From: Vicinamibacterales bacterium
Lineage (GTDB): Bacteria; Acidobacteriota; Vicinamibacteria; Vicinamibacterales; 2-12-FULL-66-21
DNA: 64,000 nucleotides
Direction of reading: 5' to 3'
Assembly: GCA_048594885.1 (NCBI GenBank)
Contig: JBMDXB010000142.1
Coordinates: 2,148-66,147 of the forward strand
Shown here: in pieces, positions 1 through 9,314 of the stretch
How positions within the stretch are numbered: position 1 is the first letter of the stretch
Layout: each line of letters opens with the position of its first letter
Notes under the pieces: model-generated
What the model saw: only the letters and a program-made list of their open reading frames with translations
The model's database searches: none
Told to the model about the DNA's origin: nothing
Made by a program: the position numbers and the translations under genes

Positions 1-657
1 TCTGCCGCGGCGGCACGCGGCGCCTCGATTCACGAACGGTCCTCGGTGCGGCGCATCAAGGCGCGCCGCAAGAACGTCGAAGTCGTCCTCGCGCGAGGCT
101 CTGTGATCGCCGACGCGGTCGTCGTCGCGACGGAGACGCCAATCCCCGATCTGCGCGCGCTGCGCCGGCACCTGAATCCCGTCCACTCCTACTGCGTCGT
201 CACCGAGCCGCTGCCGGCAGCCGTGCGACGGGAGGTCGGCCAGCGGACGGCGGCGATGAGGGACGATGCGAGGCCGCCGCACACGCTGCGATGGATCAAG
301 GAGGACCGGGTGCTGTTCGCCGGTGCGGAGCAGCCGCCGGTGCCCGACCGGTCCCGCGAGAAGGTGCTCGTACAGCGGACCGGCCAGTTGATGTACGAGC
401 TGTCAACGCTCTATTCGGCCATCTCGGGGCTCCAGCCCGAATGGTCGTGGGACAGCGTCCACCACGAAACCCCCGACGATCTGCCGCTCTTCGGCACCCA
501 CCGCAACTTCCCAAGGCACTTGTTCGCCGTTGGTCACGCCCGGCACGGGGCAGGCGTGGCCTGGCTGGCCGCACGGATACTCCTACGGCAGTACGTCGGC
601 GAACCCCTTAAGGGTGACGAGTTATTCGGGTTCGCGCGCATCCTGAAGGATCGCTGA
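1..657 (+). CDS. FAD-dependent oxidoreductase (DAO-family), C-terminal fragment; gene starts upstream of window
   Basis: Frame 1 is open from nt 1 with no stop before 657. C-terminal residues resemble glycine/D-amino-acid oxidase family proteins. Codon usage matches the GC3-rich neighbours. Confidence 0.55.
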   Translation, partial: SAAAARGASIHERSSVRRIKARRKNVEVVLARGSVIADAVVVATETPIPDLRALRRHLNPVHSYCVVTEPLPAAVRREVGQRTAAMRDDARPPHTLRWIKEDRVLFAGAEQPPVPDRSREKVLVQRTGQLMYELSTLYSAISGLQPEWSWDSVHHETPDDLPLFGTHRNFPRHLFAVGHARHGAGVAWLAARILLRQYVGEPLKGDELFGFARILKDR

Positions 658-774
658 GGCCTTCCTCCCTCGGTCTCCAGGCTTGTAACCTCTCGACGGC
701 CATTCCGGTCTAATGCCGGCAGGTCTCGCTCCCCCTGAAAGGGGAGTATCATCCCGCGTGGAGGCGTCACGCAC

Positions 775-2283
775 GTGGCTATCGATCCCTCTTTGTACGA
801 GCAGAACCCACCGGCACCACCAACGCGAGGACCGAGGCAGGGCGAGGACCTGATCGAGCACTTGCTGCGGCGTGCCGGCTTCGGCGCCACACCCTCTGAA
901 ATCGAGTTCTACAGCGAGCTGGGATACGGAGGGGCGGTGAACGTCCTCGTTGACTACGACGACGTGACGGACGATGTGGACTCGTACATCGGGAAGGCGG
1001 GATACGCGCTGACGTCGGGCGGGTTCCTGCCGAACAGGAACATCGCGCACGCGAGGCAGCGATGGCTGTTCCGCATGGTGCACTCGCAGCGGCCGCTCCA
1101 GGAGAAGATGACGCTCTTCTGGCACAACCACTTCGCCACCGCGGTCTCCAAGATTCAGGGCGCGTACGGCAGCGAAGAGGGTACGCGCTACATGGCGGCC
1201 GTGCCCGCCGAAGATCCTTCTCAGGTCGAAGGGCAGATCGAGCTGTTTCGCCGCTTCGCGCTCGGCAACTTCCGCGACCTGCTTCAGGCCGTCGCCAAGG
1301 ACGTGGCGATGCTGGTCTGGCTCGACGGCCGCCTGAACGTCCGCGCGCAGCCGCAGGAGAACTTCGCGCGCGAGCTGATGGAGCTGTTCACGATGGGGGT
1401 GGACACGTTCCCCGAGACGGACGTCTACGCCGGCGCGCGGGTCTTCACCGGGTGGAACCTGACGCGCGTCACCGCGAACACGCCGGCTCCGTACTATCGG
1501 TTCAACTACAACGCCAACCAGCACGACACGAACGCGAAGACGTTCTCGTTCCCGATCTATCCGGACGGCGGCCGCACGATTCCGGCGCGTTCGGCGGCCA
1601 ACGGCATGCAGGACGGCATCGATCTGATCAACGCCGTCGCGGCGCATCCGGCCACCGGCCCGAGGCTCGCGCGGAAGCTGTATCGGTTCTTCATCAGCGA
1701 AGTCGGCGCGCCCGATGAGTCGTTCGTTGCGAGTCTGGCGGAGACGTATTACCGCAACGGCTTCGAGATGAAGCCGGTCGTTCGCCAGGTGCTGAATTCG
1801 CCGCAGTTCAGATCGATCGACAATCGCTACGCCCGTTATGCGTGGCCCGCGGAGTTCGTCGCACGCGCGATCAAGGAGGTCGGCTGGACCGGCTTCCAAT
1901 TGAACAACGCGCTGACGCCGATGGCCAACATGGGCCAGCAGTTGTTCGAGCCGCCGGATGTCGCCGGCTGGGATCTCGGCGCCGCGTGGTTCTCCAGCGG
2001 ATCGATGCTCGCACGCATGAACTTCGCCGCCTCTGTGCTTGCGGCGAATCAGAAATTCAACCTGCGCGACGCGACGAAGTCCTACGCGGCGACGCCGGAA
2101 GGCCTGGTCGGCTACCTTCTGGATCGGCTCACGCCGCAGCCGTTCGCCGACGACGCGTACCGGGCGCTGCTGGATTACGCGCGCGCCGGCGGCGCGTGGA
2201 CCAACTCGGACGCGCAGCGCGCCAACAAGGCCGCCGGGCTCGTCCATCTGATCGTCGGATCGGGGAACTTCCAGCTGATTTGA
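775..2283 (+). CDS. DUF1800 family protein
   Basis: 502 aa ORF with a GTG start. Motifs such as LLRRAGFGATP, FWHNHFAT and MLVWLDG are typical of DUF1800. It is immediately followed by its usual DUF1501 partner. Confidence 0.8.
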   Translation: MAIDPSLYEQNPPAPPTRGPRQGEDLIEHLLRRAGFGATPSEIEFYSELGYGGAVNVLVDYDDVTDDVDSYIGKAGYALTSGGFLPNRNIAHARQRWLFRMVHSQRPLQEKMTLFWHNHFATAVSKIQGAYGSEEGTRYMAAVPAEDPSQVEGQIELFRRFALGNFRDLLQAVAKDVAMLVWLDGRLNVRAQPQENFARELMELFTMGVDTFPETDVYAGARVFTGWNLTRVTANTPAPYYRFNYNANQHDTNAKTFSFPIYPDGGRTIPARSAANGMQDGIDLINAVAAHPATGPRLARKLYRFFISEVGAPDESFVASLAETYYRNGFEMKPVVRQVLNSPQFRSIDNRYARYAWPAEFVARAIKEVGWTGFQLNNALTPMANMGQQLFEPPDVAGWDLGAAWFSSGSMLARMNFAASVLAANQKFNLRDATKSYAATPEGLVGYLLDRLTPQPFADDAYRALLDYARAGGAWTNSDAQRANKAAGLVHLIVGSGNFQLI

Positions 2284-2306
2284 GGCGGGCTCGAGAAGGC
2301 AGATCC

Positions 2307-3566
2307 ATGTCCATCACCAGACGCCAGTTCGTTCGAGACGGCGTGGCGGCGTTCACCGTCAGCTTCGCCGCGCCCGGATTCCTGACCGACATCGCGCGCG
2401 CGCAGGGGCGCTCGCGGCGGAACCTGGTCGTGTTGTACCTGAGCGGCGGCAACGACGCGCTGAGCACGCTCGTACCTTACGGCGATCCGCAGTACTACGC
2501 GCGGCGTCCGGTGCTGGCGATTCCCGCCGCAAACGTGCTCCAGGTCGGGACCGACAGCAGCGGCATGACGCTCGGCCTGAACCCGCGGCTGACCGGTCTG
2601 CGGACGATCTTCAACAGCGGTCACCTCGCGCTGATCCAGCGCACCGGCTATCCGAACTCGAGCCGCTCGCACTTCACGGGCACGGACATCTGGTCGACGG
2701 CCGATCCGAGGCAGCCGCAGGGCGCCGGCTGGCTGGGGAGGTATCTGGATTCGCTGCCCGCGCCCGTCGATCCGCTGACGGCCTGGTCGACGAACCGTGA
2801 GACGCCCCGCACGTTGCTGTCGCGCACCGTCGGTGTGCCGTCGATTCCCAGCATTGCCGGATATGCCTTTGCCAGCCCGAACACCGGCGCCGAGGTGACC
2901 TACGCGCGCGACAGCGCCGTCCGTATCGCCTCGCACGTGCCCGTCGATCGGCCGAACCTGGCGTTCGTCAACGCCACGGCGCAGGGCGCGTTCGCGACGC
3001 TCGATCGCGTCGCCCAGGTCGGGACCTACGCGCCGACGGTGACGTATCCGAACAACGGCTTCGCGCAGGCGCTGCGCATGATCGCGAGCGCGATGGTCGG
3101 CGGCATCGGCACCAACATCTTCTGGGTGCAGACCGGCGGCTACGACACGCACGCGTCGCAGAACACGAACGTCGCCAACGGTTCCTACACGAACCTGATG
3201 GGGACGCTCAACGACGGCGTGTTCGCGTTCTACAACGACCTGCGGAATCAGGGCCTGCTGAACGACACGCTCATCCTGCAGTTCTCCGAGTTCGGCCGTC
3301 GCGTGATCGAGAACGGGAGCGCCGGAACCGATCACGGCGCGGCCGGATTGATGATGGCGATCGGCGGCAGCGTCAACGGCGGCCTGTACGGCACGGCCGC
3401 GCGGCTCACGCCCGGTGACCCGTCGCTCGAGAACAACAGCAACGACGTGCGCTACGAGACGGACTTCCGCGCCGTCTACGCGCGCGTCATCGACTCGTGG
3501 CTCGGCGCGAGCTCGGTGTCCGTTCTGGGCGCCGATTTTCGCTCGAGCGCCCCGACATTCCTGTGA
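2307..3566 (+). CDS. DUF1501 domain protein (sulfatase-like) with Tat signal
   Basis: Internal ATG at 2307 gives MSITRRQFVRDGVAAFT, a twin-arginine signal. It has a conserved GTDHG motif and is the classic DUF1800/DUF1501 pair. Confidence 0.8.
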   Translation: MSITRRQFVRDGVAAFTVSFAAPGFLTDIARAQGRSRRNLVVLYLSGGNDALSTLVPYGDPQYYARRPVLAIPAANVLQVGTDSSGMTLGLNPRLTGLRTIFNSGHLALIQRTGYPNSSRSHFTGTDIWSTADPRQPQGAGWLGRYLDSLPAPVDPLTAWSTNRETPRTLLSRTVGVPSIPSIAGYAFASPNTGAEVTYARDSAVRIASHVPVDRPNLAFVNATAQGAFATLDRVAQVGTYAPTVTYPNNGFAQALRMIASAMVGGIGTNIFWVQTGGYDTHASQNTNVANGSYTNLMGTLNDGVFAFYNDLRNQGLLNDTLILQFSEFGRRVIENGSAGTDHGAAGLMMAIGGSVNGGLYGTAARLTPGDPSLENNSNDVRYETDFRAVYARVIDSWLGASSVSVLGADFRSSAPTFL

Positions 3567-3678
3567 TCCCGGTCAATGCTGAATGCTGAATGCCAAATGC
3601 TGAACGGGGTGCTGCTTGGCCCATTCCCGCATTCCCCGCATTTTCAGCATTTGGCATCAGCATTCAGCATTGACCCGG
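3567..3678. repeat. Imperfect 35-bp-arm inverted repeat built from GCTGAAT heptamers, exactly filling the gap between two convergent stop codons; likely bidirectional terminator
   Basis: Left arm cccggtcaatgctgaatgctgaatgccaaatgctgaa. Right arm ttcagcatttggcatcagcattcagcattgacccgg is the reverse complement with one indel. It is flanked by the stops at 3564-3566 and 3680-3682. Confidence 0.8.
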
Positions 3679-3679
3679 C

Positions 3680-4645
3680 CTACGACTCGAAGATCCCGCG
3701 GAATGCCTGATCGATCTCCGGATAGCGGAAGTGGAACTTGAGCGCTTTCGCTTTCGCCGGGATCGCGCGCTGGCCGGTGACGAGCGTCTCCGCCATCTCG
3801 CCGAGCGCGATCTTCAGCGCGAGCTTCGGCGTGGGCAGGAGCGCCGGGCGGTGCAGCGCGCGGCCGAGCGCGCGGGCGAACTCGCGGCTGTTCACCGGGT
3901 GCGGCGCCGTCGCGTTGACCGGCCCGCTCACCTCCGGCGTGTCCACAATCCACCGCACCATCTCGAGCCAGTCGATCCGGTGGATCCACGACATGTACTG
4001 GCGTCCGGATCCCATCGGTCCGCCCACGAACAGGCGAAACGGCGTCAGCATCTTCGCCAGCGCGCCGCCCGACTGCTCGAGCGCGATGCCGGTGCGGAGC
4101 AGCGCCACGCGCGTTTCTGACCGCGCGGCGCGGCGCGCCTCCCCCTCCCAGTCGACGCAGAGAGTCGCGAGGAAATCGCCGCCGGGCGGCGAGTCCTCCG
4201 TCTTCGGATCGTCTCCGGACGGTCCGTAGAATCCGACGGCGCTGCCGCTCACGAATACCCGCGGCGGCGTCGCCACCGCATTGATCGCCGCCGCCAGGCT
4301 TCGCGTCGAGACGATGCGGCTGTCGCGCAGCAGGGCCTTGCGTTGCGGCGTCCAGCGGCCGCCGGCGATCGACTCGCCCGCGAGGTTGATCACCGCGTCG
4401 GCGCCGTCGATCACGTGCGCCCAGGCCGGCAACTGGGCTGCCGCAAAGCCGTCCGTGCCGGGCACGAGCGCCTCCGGCTGCCATCCCACGCGTGACACGC
4501 CGGGCACGCCCGTGCCCGGATCGTGCCGCGACTCGCCCGCCGGCAGCCCGCGCGTCAGCACGCGGACGTCGTGCCCTTCCTCTGCGTAGACTTCCGCGAG
4601 AGGGCTGCCCAGAAATCCGCTGCCGCCAGCTATGACGATCTTCAT
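3680..4645 (-). CDS. TIGR01777/YfcH-like NAD-dependent epimerase family protein (DUF1731 C-terminus)
   Basis: Start MKIVIAGGSGFLGS, a Rossmann GxxGxxG motif, with ATG at 4643-4645. The C-terminal region is typical of YfcH. Confidence 0.75.
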   Translation of the reverse strand: MKIVIAGGSGFLGSPLAEVYAEEGHDVRVLTRGLPAGESRHDPGTGVPGVSRVGWQPEALVPGTDGFAAAQLPAWAHVIDGADAVINLAGESIAGGRWTPQRKALLRDSRIVSTRSLAAAINAVATPPRVFVSGSAVGFYGPSGDDPKTEDSPPGGDFLATLCVDWEGEARRAARSETRVALLRTGIALEQSGGALAKMLTPFRLFVGGPMGSGRQYMSWIHRIDWLEMVRWIVDTPEVSGPVNATAPHPVNSREFARALGRALHRPALLPTPKLALKIALGEMAETLVTGQRAIPAKAKALKFHFRYPEIDQAFRGIFES

Positions 4646-4798
4646 ATCAGCCCTTTGGCCTTGCCGCCTCGCTGCGCTCGGCAGCCCGGAGGGTCTCGTC
4701 GCACATCGCGATAACTTCGACGCAAGGGGGGCGTCGAAGGTTTGCACTATAATGTGCCCTTCACCGCCAGTTTGCTCCCCTCAGAATTGCGGGTGCCC

Positions 4799-6733
4799 AT
4801 GCGCCACTTTCTTCGTGTTGCGGTGCTGCTGCTGACCGCTGTACCGGCAGCGGCGCAGGACGCGGCAGTGCCGGTGCCGCCGGCCGTCAAGCTGGATGGG
4901 GTGCCGCCAATCCCGGTATCGCTGGCGGAACGCTTCGCGCCGTACGGCGAGTTCCGCTTCGCCGAGCTCCTCAACTGGCATCCAACACGCCGGCAGATGC
5001 TGATCGCGACGTCATTCGGCCGTCGTCACGTTCATCTCGTCGACGGCCCGGGGCGCGCCCGCACCCAGGTGACCTTCGGCCCCGTGGTGACGGGCGGCGC
5101 CTGGTACGAGCCGGTGCGCGGCGACTACGTCGTCTTCCGTCGTGACATCGGCGGCGGTGCCGAGCGCTCGCAGTTGTTTCGCTACGACCTCGGCACTCGC
5201 ACCGCGACCATGATCACCGACGGCAAGTCGCGCAACGGCCTGTCCGTCGTCGTTTCCAGGAAGTCCGGCCTCCTCGCCTTCGACTCGTCGCGCCGCACCG
5301 GGAACGATCGCGAGGTCTGGGTCATCGATCCGGCGGAGCCGTCGAGCGCGCGCATCGTGGCGGAGGCGGCCGGCAACTGGATCCCTCAGGACTGGTCGCC
5401 CGACGATCGCGAGCTGCTCGTCGAGGAGCGCGCGTCGACCGACGAGCGCTACATCTGGCGCTTCGACGTGACGACGGGGGTGAGGACGCCGGTGACGTCG
5501 CGCGAGAAGCACCGCGGGTTCTGGGAGATGCCGCGGTTTGGCGGCGATGCTCGTACGGTCTACGCGTTGAGCAACCACGGTGGCGAGGTGACGCGGCTGT
5601 GGCGCACCGACGCCAAGGGTGAGTGGACGCCCATCACGCGCGCGACGGAATCGGTTGAGTGGTATGCGCTGTCGCCGGACGGCCGCACGCTCGCAATCGT
5701 GTTCGACCGCGGCGCCACGAGCGTTCTCGAGCTCGTCGACGGCGCGACGATGAAGACACGCCACGCGCCGAAGCTGCCCGCCGGCACGATCACGAACCTG
5801 CAGTGGCATCGGAACGGCCAGGAGGTCGCCTTCAACCTGCGCTCCGTGCAGACGTTCAACGACGTTTACTCCGTGTCGGCCGCGACCGGATCCGTCGAAC
5901 GCTGGACGACGAGCGAGAGTGGCGGCGTGAACCCCGAGACGTTGCCGAACGCGGAGATCGTCGGCTGGAAAAGCTTCGACGGGCTGACGATCCCCGGAGT
6001 GCTGTACCGGCCGCCCGCGCGTTTCAAGGGGCCGCGTCCGGTGATGATCAACCTCCACGGCGGACCGGACGACTTCCGCGAGCGCCCGCGCTTCCTCGGC
6101 CGCAACGCGTCGTTCGTCAACGAGCTCGGGATTGCGCTGATCTTCCCCAATTTCCGCGGCACCCCTGGCTACGGCCAGGCCTTTCTCGCCGCCGACAACG
6201 GCAGGCAGCGAGAGGACGCGGTGAAAGACATCGGCGCGCTGCTCGACTGGATCGCCCAGCAGCCGGGCCTCGACAAGGATCGCGTCATGGTGACCGGCGC
6301 GAGCTACGGCGGCTACCTGACGTACGCGGTCGCCGCGAAGTACGGCGATCGGATCCGTTGCGCATTCGCCGCCGCGGCGATCTCGAACTTCGTCAGCTAC
6401 CTGGAGCAGACCGACCCCGTCCGCCAGCTCAATCGCCGGTCGGAATACGGCGACGAGCGCGATCCCGCGATGCGCGACTTCCTCACGCAGATTTCGCCCA
6501 CCACCCACGCGTCGAAGATCCGCGTTCCGCTCTTCATCATGCACGGCGCGAAGGACACGCGCGTGCCGCTGGCACAGGCGCAGGAGATGGCGAGTGCCGT
6601 TCGCGCCGCCGGAACGACCGTGTGGGTCGCCGTCTACGGCGACGAGGGGCACACGCTCTGGCAGAACCCGGCGAACAACGATTTCAACCTGCTGACGTGG
6701 GTCATGTTCGTGCAGGAGTACCTTCTGAAGTAA
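4799..6733 (+). CDS. Secreted S9 family peptidase (prolyl oligopeptidase/DPP-like, beta-propeller + alpha/beta hydrolase)
   Basis: Signal peptide MRHFLRVAVLLLTAVPAAAQ. Catalytic-serine motif GASYGGYLT and C-terminal Asp/His region (MHGAKDTRVP ... GDEGHTL). Confidence 0.8.
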   Translation: MRHFLRVAVLLLTAVPAAAQDAAVPVPPAVKLDGVPPIPVSLAERFAPYGEFRFAELLNWHPTRRQMLIATSFGRRHVHLVDGPGRARTQVTFGPVVTGGAWYEPVRGDYVVFRRDIGGGAERSQLFRYDLGTRTATMITDGKSRNGLSVVVSRKSGLLAFDSSRRTGNDREVWVIDPAEPSSARIVAEAAGNWIPQDWSPDDRELLVEERASTDERYIWRFDVTTGVRTPVTSREKHRGFWEMPRFGGDARTVYALSNHGGEVTRLWRTDAKGEWTPITRATESVEWYALSPDGRTLAIVFDRGATSVLELVDGATMKTRHAPKLPAGTITNLQWHRNGQEVAFNLRSVQTFNDVYSVSAATGSVERWTTSESGGVNPETLPNAEIVGWKSFDGLTIPGVLYRPPARFKGPRPVMINLHGGPDDFRERPRFLGRNASFVNELGIALIFPNFRGTPGYGQAFLAADNGRQREDAVKDIGALLDWIAQQPGLDKDRVMVTGASYGGYLTYAVAAKYGDRIRCAFAAAAISNFVSYLEQTDPVRQLNRRSEYGDERDPAMRDFLTQISPTTHASKIRVPLFIMHGAKDTRVPLAQAQEMASAVRAAGTTVWVAVYGDEGHTLWQNPANNDFNLLTWVMFVQEYLLK

Positions 6734-6751
6734 CCGCGATATCATCGCGGG

Positions 6752-7666
6752 ATGATTGCTCTCACTCTTCTGCTCGCGCTCATGGTGGGTCAGGCAACCG
6801 CGCCGCAGTCTGCCGCTCAACCCGACGAGACCCGGCAGCAGCTGAGTCAGGCGCAGAAGCTGATCCAGGCAGGGAACGTCACCGAGGCCGTCGCGATCCT
6901 GAAGCGCGCCGTGACGGCGTCGCCGCAGTCGTTCGACGCGCACCACGCGCTCGGACGCGCGCTCGATCTCGAGGGGCAGCACGCCGACGCGCGGCGTCAT
7001 CTGGAGCAGGCGGCCGCGCTCGCGAACGACAAGAACCGCAACAGCGCGCTGTCCGCGATGGGCGTCTCCTGGGCGTTCGAGGGCAAGGCGGACGAAGCCG
7101 CGCGCTACTACCAGCGCATCTTCGACGCGCAGATGCAGGCGAACGACCGCGGCGGCGCCGCCGGCACCGCCAACGCGCTCGGGCGCATCTTCCTCGAGTC
7201 GGGAAATCTCGACAAAGCGGAGGAGTGGTACCGGACCGGGATCGAGACGGCAAAGAAGGTCCCCGAGCTGCCACCCGACCAGGCCGCGCTGTGGGAATGG
7301 CGCTGGCACAACGCACAGGCGCGCATCGCCGCCCGTCGCAAGAACGCGGCTGCCGCACAGACGCACGCCGCGGAAGCGAAGGCGCTGCTCGACAAGGCTG
7401 GCAACGAGAACCAGCGCCCGTTCTACCCGTATCTGCTCGGCTACATGGCGTTCTACGCCGGCGACAACAAGCGTGCGATCGATGAGCTGATGCAGGGCGA
7501 TCTGAAGGACCCGTTCGTCCTCGGGCTGATCGCGCAGGCGTACGAGAAGCTGGGCGACAAGGCGAAGGCGCGCGAGCACTACGAGAAGGTGATGGCGCTG
7601 CCGTCGCACTCGATCAACACGGCTTTCTCGCGGCCGCGCGCGCGGGCGTTCCTTGCACGTCGCTGA
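6752..7666 (+). CDS. Secreted tetratricopeptide-repeat protein
   Basis: N-terminal signal peptide. Helical TPR-like repeats (AHHALGRALDLEGQHADARRHLEQAA and others). Confidence 0.6.
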   Translation: MIALTLLLALMVGQATAPQSAAQPDETRQQLSQAQKLIQAGNVTEAVAILKRAVTASPQSFDAHHALGRALDLEGQHADARRHLEQAAALANDKNRNSALSAMGVSWAFEGKADEAARYYQRIFDAQMQANDRGGAAGTANALGRIFLESGNLDKAEEWYRTGIETAKKVPELPPDQAALWEWRWHNAQARIAARRKNAAAAQTHAAEAKALLDKAGNENQRPFYPYLLGYMAFYAGDNKRAIDELMQGDLKDPFVLGLIAQAYEKLGDKAKAREHYEKVMALPSHSINTAFSRPRARAFLARR

Positions 7667-7790
7667 TCGCTGATCGCTGATCGCGTAACGCCGATCGGCG
7701 AACGTCGATCAGCGATCAGCGATCGGCGATCGGCGATCGGCGATCGGCGATCAGCGATCGGCGATCAGCGATCGGCGCCGAGCCACGAGT
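7660..7790. repeat. Heptamer palindromic minisatellite: (GCTGATC)3 followed by (GATCAGC/GATCGGC)~10
   Basis: Tandem 7-mers and their reverse complements, visible directly in the sequence. It overlaps the last codons of two convergent genes. Confidence 0.85.
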
Positions 7791-9066
7791 ACACATCGTC
7801 GAGGACGTCGGCCAGCTCGGAGCGGAAGCGGCGGAGGCGCTCGCGCGTTCCGTCGCGCGTGCGGCGCAGCAGCAGCCACGCGCGGACGGCATCGAGGACG
7901 GCCGACTCGCGCTCGATGGCGAACAGGCCGGCGATGCCGACGGAGGGCAGCGCAGCCAGCGCCGCGATGCCGGCCGCCGCGCCCCACAGCTTCCACGCAA
8001 TCGCCGCAACCGCGGCAATCCACAGCGTGTAGAGCACGAACCCGGACAGCGCCTTCGCCGTCGCCTCGACGTCCGTGTCGCGTGTGAAGCGGCGCGAGAT
8101 GGCGTGCGTCACGAGGTACGGCACCGCGAACGTCAGCATCGTGACGGCAGACAGCGGAACGAGCGCTACCGCGGCGATCAGCTCGCGCGCGGCGAAGCGA
8201 GCCGCGTCGGCGGCGGAGATCTGCCAGTCGAGGTGACGATCGCGCAGCCCGAAGCGGCGTAGCCGGTCGTCGTAACGCCGGAACTTCAGGAAGATCTCCT
8301 CGTAGCGCTGCGGGTCGGCTGCCCGCAGCCGTTCCATGCCGACGGCGATGACGCGGCGCCGCGCGACGCGTTCCTGCGGATCGTGCGGGACGGCTCGCGC
8401 GGCCGCATACAGCCGATCGATGCGATCGACCACGGCGGCGTCGCCGGCTGGATCCGCTTCGACGAGCAGCCGCCGCATGTGCTGCGCCATCCGGTCCGTC
8501 AGCGTCCGCACTGCCTGCGCATCGTCCTGCGGAAGATCGGATGCGGAAAACGGCTTGCCGTAGACGACGATCGCGCGCGAGCGAAACACCGTCTTCCGCT
8601 CGAAGTTGAGGCCGGCCGGCAGGATCGCAACGCGAATGCCGTTCTGTTCGGCGGCAAGTGCCATCCGCGCCGCGCCGGTGCGCAACGGCGCCAGCCGACC
8701 CGTCGAGTGGCTGATGCCCTCGGGAAACACGCACACCGCGTCACCCGCGGCGAACGCCGCCTCCACGGCCGCGAACGTCTCGGCGTTCTTCGACGTGTCA
8801 ACGCCCTGATCGAGCCTGCGGTAGACGGGGATCGCGCCGGCACCTGCGAGCAGCGGGCGCAGCGGCGTGCCGAACAGCGTCGATTTCGCCAGGAAACGGA
8901 CGTCGCGGCCTGCCGTCGCCCAGATCACCGCCGGATCGAGCAGCGAGTTGGGATGATTCGGCAGGATGAGGACGGCGCCTTGCTGCGGCACCGTGCCGAC
9001 GGTCTCGACCCGGTAGAAGAGCCGTGACGCCGCGCGCGCTAGCGCTCGGACGAACGGTGATGCCAT
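7765..9066 (-). CDS. 1-acyl-sn-glycerol-3-phosphate acyltransferase family (PlsC-like) with C-terminal membrane extension
   Basis: NHPNSLLD (HxxxxD) and FPEG motifs with a long hydrophobic C-terminus. The start is either ATG at 9066 (MASPFVRA) or 9093. Confidence 0.7.
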   Translation of the reverse strand: MASPFVRALARAASRLFYRVETVGTVPQQGAVLILPNHPNSLLDPAVIWATAGRDVRFLAKSTLFGTPLRPLLAGAGAIPVYRRLDQGVDTSKNAETFAAVEAAFAAGDAVCVFPEGISHSTGRLAPLRTGAARMALAAEQNGIRVAILPAGLNFERKTVFRSRAIVVYGKPFSASDLPQDDAQAVRTLTDRMAQHMRRLLVEADPAGDAAVVDRIDRLYAAARAVPHDPQERVARRRVIAVGMERLRAADPQRYEEIFLKFRRYDDRLRRFGLRDRHLDWQISAADAARFAARELIAAVALVPLSAVTMLTFAVPYLVTHAISRRFTRDTDVEATAKALSGFVLYTLWIAAVAAIAWKLWGAAAGIAALAALPSVGIAGLFAIERESAVLDAVRAWLLLRRTRDGTRERLRRFRSELADVLDDVYSWLGADR

Positions 9067-9077
9067 CGTCAACTCCC

Positions 9078-9310
9078 AAAGGCCAAGGGCCAAGGACCAA
9101 GCGGCTCAAGTTCCAAGGCCCAAAGACCAAAGACCAAAGACCAAAGACCAAAGACCAAGGCCAAGACCAAGGCCAAAGACCAACGGCCAAAGGGCGCTCA
9201 CTTGGAGGTTGGCCTTTGGTCCGTTGGGAGTTTCGATGCTTGGTCCTTGGCCTTTGGTCGTTGGCAGTTTCGATGCTTGGTCCTTGGTCTTTGGTCGTTG
9301 GTCTTTGACA
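9078..9310. repeat. Heptamer palindromic minisatellite, GGTCTTT/CCAAAGA variant, with a nested 22-bp direct repeat
   Basis: (GACCAAA)5 and CCAAGG units are mirrored by (TTTGGTC)n and CCTTGG units. gtttcgatgcttggtccttgg occurs twice. The repeat lies between the MFS stop and the acyltransferase start. Confidence 0.85.
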
Positions 9311-9314
9311 TGTC

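Noticed and set aside
622-2247. Very long antisense or overlapping ORFs in the six-frame track. Examples are 622-2247 (minus), 5012-7609 (minus), 11650-13848 (minus), 12357-14276 (plus), 24607-26460 (plus), 26725-28836 (minus), 40409-42634 (minus), 43276-45963 (minus) and 59797-63693 (plus).
   Set aside because: They lie opposite genes with clear family motifs (DUF1800, S9 peptidase, M28, ggt, glgX, flotillin, amidohydrolases). Their Arg/Ala/Gly/Pro-rich composition is the typical stop-codon-poor artefact of ~70% GC DNA.
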